Origin: Prochlorococcus sp. AG-679-M23
GTDB taxonomy: Bacteria > Cyanobacteriota > Cyanobacteriia > PCC-6307 > Cyanobiaceae
Length of the DNA stretch: 19,231 nucleotides
Assembly (NCBI GenBank): GCA_003208875.1
Contig: QCUR01000011.1
Location: forward strand, 1 to 19,231
Direction of reading: 5' to 3'
Shown here piece by piece: positions 1-8,704 of this stretch. The position numbers and the translations under genes are program-made. The number at the start of each line of letters is the position of its first letter. Within the stretch, counting starts at the first letter, position 1. The notes under the pieces were generated by a model. That model had not been told where the DNA came from and searched no databases. It was given only the letters and a program-made list of their open reading frames with translations.

Positions 1-29
1 TATATTAGAAAGGTTAAACAATTTATATT

Positions 30-305
30 ATGTCCCCTCATAAAAGTCCTAATATTATTAAATACTGCGTAATTACATCTACAGCAGCGATAGTTCTGAT
101 AGCTATTTCTTTAATTCCTGTTTCAAGAAAAGCTTCTTACTGGAATCTATGCCTTGATAAAACAGTAAGTTGGATTAATGAAAAAGAAAAAGATTTAAAA
201 GGGTGGGATAAAGAAGCAAAAGAGAGCCTTGCTGTAGCAGTATGTAATGGAGCTGTTTATGAACCTAAGCTTCAAATAAAAGAATTCACTTCGACAACGA
301 AATAA
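30..305 (+). CDS. Hypothetical membrane-anchored protein
   Basis: 91-aa ORF with an N-terminal hydrophobic helix and two Cys (YWNLC...AVAVCNGAVY); no family recognised. Confidence 0.75.
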   Translation: MSPHKSPNIIKYCVITSTAAIVLIAISLIPVSRKASYWNLCLDKTVSWINEKEKDLKGWDKEAKESLAVAVCNGAVYEPKLQIKEFTSTTK

Positions 306-398
306 ATTACAGGTTATAAAAAGACTTATAAGCTAAGAAATATATAAAAATATTGATTGTCCACATTTTGATTTTAAGAGTCTTTTTTGATCCTTAAT

Positions 399-485
399 CC
401 GTACAATTTTGTTCCTCTAACCGCACACATAAAACTTGAGATAAACTATTTAAATGAATTAGAACTTAAGTGTAGTCAATAGGTA
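399..485 (+). promoter_or_regulatory. Conserved upstream element of C-x8-C microprotein gene (class 1)
   Basis: CCGTAC (399-404) and CCGCAC (421-426) are a 22-bp-period direct repeat, followed by TTAGAACTTAAGTGTAGT (459-476). The same architecture lies on the minus strand at 11920-11998. Confidence 0.6.
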
Positions 486-491
486 AATCTT

Positions 492-644
492 ATGGCACTA
501 AACGACACATTTACCATCCAAGAGATGGATATGGATAAAAAAAACCTTTCATACGATATAAAGGGGAAAGAACTCGAAGCTTATTGGAATAATGAATGCA
601 AAGAGCATCCTACTAATAACCATTGCAAAGTTTATTGTGATTAA
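492..644 (+). CDS. 50-aa microprotein with CP12-like C-terminal C-x3-P-x4-C motif
   Basis: Hand translation: MALNDTFTIQEMDMDKKNLSYDIKGKELEAYWNNECKEHPTNNHCKVYCD*. The C-terminus resembles the CP12 C-terminal Cys loop (C-x3-P-x4-C-x-V-Y-x-D). Confidence 0.8.
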   Translation: MALNDTFTIQEMDMDKKNLSYDIKGKELEAYWNNECKEHPTNNHCKVYCD

Positions 645-666
645 TACTTAATCTTTTAAGTATTCT

Positions 667-694
667 TACGCTTGATTTTTTTATATCACCCGTA
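667..694. promoter_or_regulatory. 28-bp dyad TACG-N2-TGAT-N8-ATCA-N2-CGTA (class 2 element, putative operator)
   Basis: Symmetric palindrome 35 bp upstream of the ATG at 730. The 40 bp at 661-700 match the reverse complement of 15581-15620 at 36/40 positions. Confidence 0.65.
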
Positions 695-729
695 CTAAAT
701 CATAAGCAGATAAAAAGGAGGAAAAACAA

Positions 730-831
730 ATGACTAATTTAGGCATAGAAATTCTATTTTGGATAGTTTTAATTTCTTATCTAGGATTAAGGTTTTCTCA
801 AACTTGGTACGGCTTCAAACAACAATATTAA
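730..831 (+). CDS. 33-aa single-TM microprotein (MTNLG family)
   Basis: MTNLGIEILFWIVLISYLGLRFSQTWYGFKQQY*; strong SD AAGGAGG at 715-721; paralog at 15391-15552. Confidence 0.75.
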   Translation: MTNLGIEILFWIVLISYLGLRFSQTWYGFKQQY

Positions 832-844
832 ATAGGAGGAAAAA

Positions 845-991
845 ATGAAACTACAAACTCAATTCACCGTTCCACACAAACAGTTAAGAGATCTGGATTT
901 TGCCAAGGAGATGGAAATTTTAGAAGAAACTTTAAGGAAAAAATGTATTGATTATCCAACTCAAGAAGATTGTTTAGTTTGTTGCTACTAA
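845..991 (+). CDS. 48-aa microprotein with CP12-like C-x3-P-x4-C motif
   Basis: MKLQTQFTVPHKQLRDLDFAKEMEILEETLRKKCIDYPTQEDCLVCCY*; SD AGGAGGA at 834-840. Confidence 0.8.
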   Translation: MKLQTQFTVPHKQLRDLDFAKEMEILEETLRKKCIDYPTQEDCLVCCY

Positions 992-1067
992 CCATCCACT
1001 ATTAATTTTTTTATTGATCACAGGTTTTAATAATATTCATAAATTTATTAACACTAGAGGTTAAATT

Positions 1068-1586
1068 ATGGAATTAAAATTCTACTCAACAACTATTTTT
1101 AGAGAAACTCCTAAAGTTACATTCTTTGATGCAGGCTTGGTAGCATCTAATGGTTGCGATGTGGTAATTCACTCTAAAGAAGCTATATCTCCACCTGATG
1201 ATTTTGAAGATGAACAATATTATGTTCACGAACATCAAATTGATCACAATTTAGTTATTACTGGCGAAAGAAAATTTATTTTGATAAATCCTTCATGGGA
1301 CGAGCCACATCATGTAATTTATTTAAATAGAACCATGGGGGCATTAGAAATTCCTATTGGAACTTATCACAGATCAATTTCTGGGAAAGAGGGCAGTATT
1401 GTTTTAAATCAACCAACAAGAGATAAATTTTTTGATCCTTCTAAAGAATTTATACCGCAAAAATTAGACAAAGAAATTTTAATTAAGGCAAGAAGAAGTG
1501 CGCCTGTTTATTGGATTTGGGAAAATGATCAAATAAAAAGAGTCCGATTTAATCCTTTGAAACGCAAAGTCAAGACTTTAATCTGA
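1068..1586 (+). CDS. Conserved hypothetical protein, probable cupin/RmlC-like fold
   Basis: 172-aa ORF with SD GAGG; cupin-like motifs YYVHEHQIDH...G and LEIPIGTYHRS. Confidence 0.8.
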   Translation: MELKFYSTTIFRETPKVTFFDAGLVASNGCDVVIHSKEAISPPDDFEDEQYYVHEHQIDHNLVITGERKFILINPSWDEPHHVIYLNRTMGALEIPIGTYHRSISGKEGSIVLNQPTRDKFFDPSKEFIPQKLDKEILIKARRSAPVYWIWENDQIKRVRFNPLKRKVKTLI

Positions 1587-1620
1587 TATAAAAAACTAAT
1601 TAAGATTATTTTACTTCATT

Positions 1621-1659
1621 AAAAAAGCCAGCTTATATCCCTACTAGCTGACTTCTTTA
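1621..1659. terminator. Probable bidirectional intrinsic terminator
   Basis: Imperfect stem AAGCCAGCT...AGCTGACTT flanked by A and T runs, between convergent genes. Confidence 0.45.
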
Positions 1660-1678
1660 ACGATGTTAGTTTAAAAAA

Positions 1679-1789
1679 CTAAATGAATGTATTTGTTGTT
1701 GTTGTGATACTAAGAATTACTGCACAAAAGAAAATGTAAGGAACTACTTTAAGAGGAACGTATCCCTGACTTTTAGAAATGAAATTCAC
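1679..1789 (-). CDS. 36-aa hydrophobic microprotein downstream of hli
   Basis: GTG start 1 nt after the hli stop: MNFISKSQGYVPLKVVPYIFFCAVILSITTTTNTFI*; one TM segment. Confidence 0.55.
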   Translation of the reverse strand: MNFISKSQGYVPLKVVPYIFFCAVILSITTTTNTFI

Positions 1790-1790
1790 T

Positions 1791-1925
1791 TTATACAATA
1801 CCTGGAATGATTTGACCTGTTGTTAGATAAGCACCAACAAGAGCAATAAAGCCCATCATTGCAAATCTTCCATTGAGCTTCTCAGCTACAACCTTCTCTT
1901 TTTCTACTGTTTGTGTTTCTTTCAT
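1791..1925 (-). CDS. hli: High-light-inducible protein (HLIP), multicopy/phage-like type
   Basis: MKETQTVEKEKVVAEKLNGRFAMMGFIALVGAYLTTGQIIPGIV*: AExxNGRxAMxGF chlorophyll-binding motif plus TGQIIPG C-terminal motif. Missed by the ORF track. Confidence 0.95.
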   Translation of the reverse strand: MKETQTVEKEKVVAEKLNGRFAMMGFIALVGAYLTTGQIIPGIV

Positions 1926-1975
1926 TTGACCGTTTGTTATTTAGCTAAGACGCTTTCTAATGCAATCTTGAAATC

Positions 1976-2018
1976 AATCTAATACCGAGGAATAGATAGT
2001 GTGAGTATAATTACTTAC
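1976..2018 (-). promoter_or_regulatory. Putative NtcA-activated promoter of hli
   Basis: GTA-N8-TAC at 2005-2018, followed on the minus strand after 23 nt by TAGATT (TAN3T, 1976-1981). Confidence 0.55.
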
Positions 2019-2105
2019 TCTCATACCCTCTATAAGCTCAGCTTATCAAACTCAAACTTTACTTTTAATCCAGCCCTATTTAAATAACAAAGTGAGGAAT
2101 TTATC

Positions 2106-2444
2106 TTATCCGGTAAATCCCATTTTCTGTTCTGCTGCCATTAATGAACCAACTAACTTATGCTCAGCAACTTTTTCATCATCAGTCATAACTGGCTTGA
2201 TATCAAAATCTATATCAAACTTGACTTTCCAAGGGGCGAAGTGTTCTGTCATTTTTATGCCTGTTGAAGCTTGGACAATAATATAGACATTATTTGAGTA
2301 AGAGGCATGATATCTTCCCATAACTTTAAATCCTTCAAACTCATCATTCAAATTTCCATCTTCAATAACCTTTAAAAACAGGTCATAAGCTGCACCCATG
2401 AGAGCAACGTTTTTAAAAGTTGCAGTTACTAAATAAGTATTCAT
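2106..2444 (-). CDS. DUF3303-like protein
   Basis: 112 aa; GFKVMGRYHA...HFAPW...FDIKPVMTDDE pattern recalled as typical of this picocyanobacterial family. Confidence 0.75.
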   Translation of the reverse strand: MNTYLVTATFKNVALMGAAYDLFLKVIEDGNLNDEFEGFKVMGRYHASYSNNVYIIVQASTGIKMTEHFAPWKVKFDIDFDIKPVMTDDEKVAEHKLVGSLMAAEQKMGFTG

Positions 2445-2476
2445 CTAATAAATTAAACTTTTTTTATAATAGAAGA

Positions 2477-2857
2477 ATGAAAAGTTCTATTTTTAAAAAT
2501 AAGGGTATCAAAACTTTTTTTGATTTTTTTGCGAGAGTTGCAATCTCATCAATATTTATATCAGTTATACCAGGCAAAATTACAGGTTTTGAAAAAACAG
2601 TTGAATATGTATCTTCAAAAGGTATCCCTGATCCAATTGCATCTATCCTTTTAGTTGGAGCAATAATATGCCTTACCTTAGGTTCCGGATTTTTTATCTT
2701 TGGAGGAAATCAAAAAATTGGTTCAGCATTTTTATTATTATTTCTTATCCCAACCACAATTATTTTTCATGTATTTCCTTTCCATCAAAGAGCAGTACTT
2801 ATGAATCTAGGATTAATAGGTGGATTACTTATTACTGCATTACGAGAACCAGAATAA
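2477..2857 (+). CDS. DoxX-family membrane protein
   Basis: Multi-TM protein with ARxAISSIF...GKI, GIP, PTTIIFH and NLGLIGGLL motifs. Start moved to ATG 2477 because the TTG at 2420 overlaps the divergent gene. Confidence 0.85.
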   Translation: MKSSIFKNKGIKTFFDFFARVAISSIFISVIPGKITGFEKTVEYVSSKGIPDPIASILLVGAIICLTLGSGFFIFGGNQKIGSAFLLLFLIPTTIIFHVFPFHQRAVLMNLGLIGGLLITALREPE

Positions 2858-3241
2858 GAGTTTATTAAAAGTACTTAAATACTTTTTTATTATTTAATGG
2901 ATTATTAATATTACTAAGTTTGCCAATATTAATAATTTTGTAAGGTAAAAAAATTTTTAAATTTCAAACTATAAAGAGCAAAGAATAATGATTTTAGGAA
3001 GACAAAATATTGTACTAGCTAGTTAAGATCAAGAGGAGATTAATCTTTATAATTAATGCATAAAAAATATAAATTCAAAACAAGTTGTTGAGCAAGATTG
3101 ATATTCAAATTAGTGACTAAATTGAGTAAAATTTATATAGCCCACAAAAGCAAGCTTTAGGATGTAAGTTTCCCAAAAAGGATTAAATACTACAGTAGTC
3201 AAAATAATACATAACTATAAATAGAATATCTAGACAAAAAA

Positions 3242-3472
3242 ATGGAAAAGAAATTCACTAGAATTACTTTTTTTATAGGTGCAATTTCATCTTTATCCTA
3301 TTTAGTTTTTATTTTCCTCAGGAATTATAATTCTCCAGAAAATATAGAAGAAAGATGTACAGCTAAATTTCAAAAAGACACTAAAAAAGGTGATGGAAAA
3401 ACTGATAAAGAATGGGGTTTAAATATGGATATGGCCAATGATAATTATTTTAAATGCATGAATATTCCATAA
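3242..3472 (+). CDS. Hypothetical single-TM protein with Cys pair
   Basis: 76-aa ORF with an N-terminal TM helix, ERC...YFKC. Confidence 0.65.
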   Translation: MEKKFTRITFFIGAISSLSYLVFIFLRNYNSPENIEERCTAKFQKDTKKGDGKTDKEWGLNMDMANDNYFKCMNIP

Positions 3473-3813
3473 AAATAACTCTTAATTATAGTGATAGAAG
3501 ATAGAGCTAAGAAGTAAAGAACTAAAGCAATCCTAAACGCAACAACTCTTCAATAAGCTGTTTATTCGGCAAGAGATATTGATTAGTAGTTAAGTGGGTA
3601 GAACCTCATTCAAACTTTCAAAAGAAATTTTAAAATGCAAACTGTGCAAGATGTGGCTACATTTTTAACTCTCAATTTATACTTTCATGTGATTTATCTA
3701 AATATGTCCAACAAAACGGTTTAGATAAATTTTTTTAATTAAATAAAAAAACTAACTTAATCTAAAAAATATAATTAAATCATAAAAAATCAGCAAGTGC
3801 TTTATTTGAGTAA

Positions 3814-4131
3814 TTAATCATTTAATTTATAATTCGTCTTAATAGTTTTCACTATTGAGTCTTGTGGTTCTTCACTGGGAAAACAATTAATTATTCTATA
3901 TTTTCCACCTTTCTTATCAGTTTCTACAACTGTGAATTCCACAAACTTGCCTATTCCATCTATTAAATCCTTCACTTCTGTGTTGATTATCTCTTCATTT
4001 TTATTTTCGATAATACGAGATTTCCCACCGCAACTAATTATTGCATTTTCTTTAGTAAGAAAAAAATCTTTATCATTACTGCATGAGGATAGAAAAGATA
4101 AAGAAAATACTATTAAAAGAAGTTTTTTCAT
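3814..4131 (-). CDS. Putative lipoprotein
   Basis: MKKLLLIVFSLSFLSSC signal with lipobox LSSC; ATG at 4131 preferred to TTG at 4137. Confidence 0.7.
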   Translation of the reverse strand: MKKLLLIVFSLSFLSSCSNDKDFFLTKENAIISCGGKSRIIENKNEEIINTEVKDLIDGIGKFVEFTVVETDKKGGKYRIINCFPSEEPQDSIVKTIKTNYKLND

Positions 4132-4254
4132 AGTCAAAAGTTTTTATTTATAAATTACTTATAAGGCAGTTTTATTAAGTATCAGTTAAATAACTTTAAA
4201 ATTCAATATTTAAAAAAAAATTAATATTTTTTCTATTTGCGAAAAATAATACAA

Positions 4255-5280
4255 TTAAAAATAAACTCCAGATGAGTGTAAAAACTCTTTGTAAACTTCT
4301 TGCCAGTGAATAATCCTCTGTTCAAGCCTATTAGGAGGTCCAAGTTTAAATTTTTCCATATAAGACTTTTGAACTGATTCGACAATAACTTTATCTTCAT
4401 CAAGAAAATTAAGGATATCATTTTTCCAAGCTTCTAAATCTTTTTCACACAAAGATGAAGAAGCTAATTTTATTTCTAAACTACATTGATCAATTCTTTG
4501 AGGGGGATAACTTATTAACAAAATACCTTTACCAGGCCAAACTATGATATGCGTCCATGGTAATAATCCAAAAGTATATAAATTTTCTCTACTATTTATT
4601 GGGGTAACAAGAACATTACAAAATTTACTAAATAAATACTTATAGTTCTTAATTGGACCTTGCTCTTTATGTAATGTATTCTTATGAGCGACCGCGACAT
4701 GATAGTCATCAAGTGTATTATCATGAGCTATCTTCCAATTACAATTTAATGTATTAGAAAATTCAGAAAATATACCATAATTTATATTCCATTCATTTTT
4801 ACATTTCAATTCAACTAGTTCAATTTGATCATCTATAGATATTGGTTGATCGCTAAAATTAATCCAAATTAAAGGCCCATTTACTAAAGAATTTACTTTT
4901 TCTAAAAAATAATCACTTAATACCATATTGACTTGAAAATCATCTTTTAATGGCAAATTTTTTAGTTCACCAAAACTATCAAAAGTCCAGCCATGGTAGG
5001 GACAAAAAATACTTTTAGAGGGATTACCTTTAGTTTTAGGCAAACATAATTCAGAACCACGATGCGGGCATCTATTTTTAAAAACAGTTATTGAATTATT
5101 TGCTGAACATGAAATAAATAATGATTGCTTTAAGAATTTTTTTTCTATTATTTCTCCAGCTTTAATTTCTCCAACAAAAATCAATGGATGCCAAAAATTT
5201 TTAGAATATTTATCTAATTCAAAATTAAATATTTGTTTATCGTTATAAAGCCATGTGGGCAAAAAACTCTTGTAAGACAT
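4255..5280 (-). CDS. Rieske non-heme iron oxygenase alpha subunit
   Basis: Rieske motif CPHRG...CPYHGW; mononuclear Fe motif DNTLDDYHVAVAH and a C-terminal ED; start overlaps the ATPase stop. Confidence 0.92.
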   Translation of the reverse strand: MSYKSFLPTWLYNDKQIFNFELDKYSKNFWHPLIFVGEIKAGEIIEKKFLKQSLFISCSANNSITVFKNRCPHRGSELCLPKTKGNPSKSIFCPYHGWTFDSFGELKNLPLKDDFQVNMVLSDYFLEKVNSLVNGPLIWINFSDQPISIDDQIELVELKCKNEWNINYGIFSEFSNTLNCNWKIAHDNTLDDYHVAVAHKNTLHKEQGPIKNYKYLFSKFCNVLVTPINSRENLYTFGLLPWTHIIVWPGKGILLISYPPQRIDQCSLEIKLASSSLCEKDLEAWKNDILNFLDEDKVIVESVQKSYMEKFKLGPPNRLEQRIIHWQEVYKEFLHSSGVYF

Positions 5281-6041
5281 TAATTTTTTTGGATACTTCT
5301 TAAATAATCAGATAATTCATATCTCAACTTTGAGAAATTTGGATCAAGTCTCAATTTATTTAAATCATCTTTTTGTAAATCAACTTTAACTTCTTTTATT
5401 ATTCTTCCAGGATTGGGAGCCAAAATACATATTCGCTCAGATAGCGCTAATGCTTCTTCAATATCATGCGTAATAAGAAGAACAGTCAATGAAGTTTTTT
5501 TCCATAGTTTATAAAGAAAACTCTGCATAGATTCTCTAATCTGCAAGTCCAAGGCTCCAAAAGGTTCATCCAAAAGCAAGATTTTTGGATTTGTAGCCAA
5601 AGCTCTAGCAATAGCAACCCTTTGTTGCATTCCTCCAGATAATTCTTTTGGATACTTAGAAGCTGAATCTTGAAGTCCCACTACTTCAAGTAAATAAGAT
5701 GTTCGATATTTTATTTCTTTTAATTTATAAGAATTCAAGTTCATTCCAAATGAAATATTCTCCTCTGCGGTAAGCCATGGGAAAAGACTATATTTCTGAA
5801 AAACCATCCCTCGATCTAAGCCAGGACCATGAACAACTTTTCCATCAACTTTTACGTTTCCTTTTGATGGATTTTCTAGTCCAGCAATAATCCTCAATAT
5901 AGTACTTTTACCTGATCCAGAACTCCCTACAAGAGTTTTAAACTCTCCCGAACTTATTGAAAAACTAACTTCATCAATTGCCTTTTTTTTATTAGACCCT
6001 TCTCCAAAGTATTTTGAAATATTATTTACATCCAGTTTCAT
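5280..6041 (-). CDS. ABC transporter ATP-binding protein (NitT/TauT family)
   Basis: Walker A GSSGSGKST, signature LSGGMQQR, Walker B LLLDEPFGALD, H-loop THD. Confidence 0.95.
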   Translation of the reverse strand: MKLDVNNISKYFGEGSNKKKAIDEVSFSISSGEFKTLVGSSGSGKSTILRIIAGLENPSKGNVKVDGKVVHGPGLDRGMVFQKYSLFPWLTAEENISFGMNLNSYKLKEIKYRTSYLLEVVGLQDSASKYPKELSGGMQQRVAIARALATNPKILLLDEPFGALDLQIRESMQSFLYKLWKKTSLTVLLITHDIEEALALSERICILAPNPGRIIKEVKVDLQKDDLNKLRLDPNFSKLRYELSDYLRSIQKN

Positions 6042-6863
6042 TTAAACAGCCCATTTGCATGTACGTCTTAAAAGAAATCTAAAGCTCATATCTAGAGTGA
6101 ATCCAATTAGCCCCAAAACTATTAATTCTGCAAATATTTGATCTGTACGAAAAAACCTCTGAGCTAATTGAATCCTTTTTCCTAAACCAACTTCTGCCGC
6201 AATTAATTCCGCAACAATCACTAGGTTCCATGAGGTTGCAATATTAATTCTTAAAGTATCAATAATACTTGGTAAAGAATATCTTGCTATTACTTTGATT
6301 AATAAATCTTTTGTATTACCACCTAAAGTAAGAGTCGTTTCTATAAGCTCCCTAGGAACAAATTTTACTGAATCCATAACCATCAAAACATTAAAATAAA
6401 CTGTTCCAATAAAAATTAATGCAATTTTTGGAGCTTCTTCAATTCCTAAATAAATAATCAGTAAAGGAGTAAAAGCAGCCGCAGGCATATATCTAAGCAT
6501 TGCAATCAAAGGTTCGCATAGTGCACAAAAAGAAGGGAAGGAACCCATTGCAATTCCTAAAGGAACAGACAAAATTGTCGCAATTATAAAACCTGCAAAA
6601 ACCCTACCAGTACTTGCAAATATATCTTGGAATAAGATTCCACTTTCAGCCATATCTAAAAGTGAATAAAAAACTGCTATAGGAGATGGCAAAAACAATT
6701 CACTTACCAGTTTTAGTTGACAAATTACTGACCAAAGTAAAAGAGGCAGCAAAAGTGATGCAATTTGAAGAAATTTTTTATTTAATTTATTTGGTTCAGT
6801 ACCAAATAAAAAGAGGGATAAAAAAAAAGATTTATCCCTCTTGATTAATTTTGAACTAATCAT
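6042..6863 (-). CDS. ABC transporter permease (NitT/TauT family)
   Basis: Multi-TM protein with LPSP, an EAA-like loop (ELIETTLTLGG) and IVAELIAA motif. Confidence 0.95.
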   Translation of the reverse strand: MISSKLIKRDKSFFLSLFLFGTEPNKLNKKFLQIASLLLPLLLWSVICQLKLVSELFLPSPIAVFYSLLDMAESGILFQDIFASTGRVFAGFIIATILSVPLGIAMGSFPSFCALCEPLIAMLRYMPAAAFTPLLIIYLGIEEAPKIALIFIGTVYFNVLMVMDSVKFVPRELIETTLTLGGNTKDLLIKVIARYSLPSIIDTLRINIATSWNLVIVAELIAAEVGLGKRIQLAQRFFRTDQIFAELIVLGLIGFTLDMSFRFLLRRTCKWAV

Positions 6864-6877
6864 TCTAATTCTTTTTA

Positions 6878-7876
6878 TTAACTGATATTTTTTACAAAAG
6901 AAGAATTGAACAAATTGCTCATATCGGGTTTTTCAGGGATAAATCCCACCTTAACCATAAAGTCTGCCATTTGTTTCGCAGCATAAGGCATATGTTTCAT
7001 ACCCAATCCACCACTAAAAGCTTCTAAATTTTCTTCTAATGAAAAGAACCTAGTTCCACCTTTGTATTGTTTATATTCTCTTGTTGGAATTCCAGCTCTT
7101 TTAGCCATGATTTTTTCAGACTTTCTTGGATTCTTTTCCATGAATGCTCTTACATCCCACCAAGTTTTTACTATTTTTTGAACATCATCTGGTCTTTCAG
7201 AAATCAAATCTCCACTAACAGCTAATAAATCTGGAATTGCTCCTGGATAATCTTTTGAACTTGCAATAACTCTTGCTCCGGGTCTCTTCATTGCGGTGCC
7301 CGTAAATGGAGGGAAAGCCCCAACTGCATCTACTTTCCCTGCTGCGAATGCAGTAGCAGCTTGATCAGTTGGAAGTCCCTTAATGATTACATCATCTCTT
7401 GTGAGCCCGACATCATTCAAAGCTAGGACTAAAAGAAAATCATCTACAACTCCTTCTTCAACTGCCACAGTTTTTCCTTTTAAATCGGCAACACTTTTAA
7501 TTGATTTATCTGCGATTATTTGATCATTACCTGCAGAATTATCATTTACTAGTACAACTACTTCTCCACCATTCTCTCCTGGTAGAAAAGAAATTGTGTC
7601 ATTTAGGGTTTGAGAATTTCCGTCAATTTTACCAGCAGCAAAGGTTTCCATTGATTGTACATATCCATCAAACCATTTCATCTCAACATTGACGCCATTC
7701 TTTTCAAACATTTTTTGATCAACAGCTATTGCCCATGGCCACCAACCTGCCCAGTTACTATATCCGAGAGTAATCGGATCACCTTTTGGAGCGGCTGGGC
7801 TTGAAAGTGTACTCAATGAAATTGCTAAAACTAAAGCAATAAAAGAAAAGGCAAAAGCTTTAAACTTTTTAAACAT
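6878..7876 (-). CDS. ABC substrate-binding protein, probably guanidine-binding (Sll1080-like)
   Basis: Signal peptide; GYSNWAGWWPW and NDNSAGND motifs; located in the gdmH cluster. Confidence 0.88.
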   Translation of the reverse strand: MFKKFKAFAFSFIALVLAISLSTLSSPAAPKGDPITLGYSNWAGWWPWAIAVDQKMFEKNGVNVEMKWFDGYVQSMETFAAGKIDGNSQTLNDTISFLPGENGGEVVVLVNDNSAGNDQIIADKSIKSVADLKGKTVAVEEGVVDDFLLVLALNDVGLTRDDVIIKGLPTDQAATAFAAGKVDAVGAFPPFTGTAMKRPGARVIASSKDYPGAIPDLLAVSGDLISERPDDVQKIVKTWWDVRAFMEKNPRKSEKIMAKRAGIPTREYKQYKGGTRFFSLEENLEAFSGGLGMKHMPYAAKQMADFMVKVGFIPEKPDMSNLFNSSFVKNIS

Positions 7877-7936
7877 TTTTTATTAAAAAAAAAGATTATG
7901 TAATATCAATACTTAAGAAAAAATAAATATAAAGTT

Positions 7937-7950
7937 GTAATGATGGATAC
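7937..7950. promoter_or_regulatory. NtcA-box-like site upstream of the ABC transporter
   Basis: GTAatgatggaTAC (GTA-N8-TAC) in the 107-bp hypB-SBP gap, 60 bp from the SBP start. No perfectly spaced TAN3T. Confidence 0.5.
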
Positions 7951-7983
7951 TTTTAGAAAATTCCTAAGATTTGTATTTCTCCC

Positions 7984-8664
7984 TTACTTTTTAAATTCTT
8001 GAATCTTTTTACTTATCCAATTTTTCCATAAATCAAATCCAGTCATTGATGTTGAAGAAATTTCTATCACCTCAGCGTTAGGATTCGTTAAAGAAATATT
8101 TGATTTTAATTCATCAATATCGAAATTTAGATATGGCAATAAATCAACTTTAGTAATCAAAACTAAATCTGCTTCACGAAACATAACTGGATACTTCAGA
8201 GGTTTATCTTCCCCTTCAGTAATACTCAAAAGTGCGACTTTAAAATGTTCCCCTATCTCAAATTCTGCTGGACAAACTAAATTACCCACATTTTCTACTA
8301 ATAAAATGTCTAATAAAGAGGGATTAATTTTTGTTTCTAAAATTTTAAATCCACCATTAACCATATTTGCATCTAAATGACATGCTCTTCCAGTTGTAAT
8401 TGGAACAACTGGAATATTTAATTTCTCTAACCTCGCAGCATCTAAGGTGGTCGTCATATCACCTTCCAAGACGGCAACCTTAATTTTTTTTGATAGATCT
8501 TCTAAAGTCTTTTCAAGTAATTTTGTTTTACCTGAACCTGGACTACTCATTATGTTTAAACAAATTACCTTACACTCATTAAACTTTTTTTTATTAATTT
8601 CAGCTTGGTGGCTATTTTGATGAAGAATATTTAGTTCAATTTTGTCTGAAAGTGGTAAATGCAT
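7984..8664 (-). CDS. hypB: HypB-type Ni-insertion GTPase (GhaB-like)
   Basis: SSPGSGKT P-loop, ACHLDA, ENVGNLVCPAEF, EGEDKPLKYP, TKVD motifs. Confidence 0.95.
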   Translation of the reverse strand: MHLPLSDKIELNILHQNSHQAEINKKKFNECKVICLNIMSSPGSGKTKLLEKTLEDLSKKIKVAVLEGDMTTTLDAARLEKLNIPVVPITTGRACHLDANMVNGGFKILETKINPSLLDILLVENVGNLVCPAEFEIGEHFKVALLSITEGEDKPLKYPVMFREADLVLITKVDLLPYLNFDIDELKSNISLTNPNAEVIEISSTSMTGFDLWKNWISKKIQEFKK

Positions 8665-8704
8665 TTATATATTGAAATACTTATTTATTCTAAATAGTAA
8701 ACCC

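Noticed and set aside
2092..2286. 64-aa + strand ORF
   Set aside because: Antisense shadow of the DUF3303-like gene.
2668..2868. 66-aa ORF
   Set aside because: Alternative frame inside DoxX with no recognisable features.
3932..4421. ORFs 3932-4153 (+) and 4233-4421 (-)
   Set aside because: Antisense to the lipoprotein and out-of-frame overlap with the Rieske gene, respectively.
7900..7912. GTA-N7-TAC sites here and at 10371-10383 as NtcA boxes
   Set aside because: The spacer is 7 rather than 8 nt.
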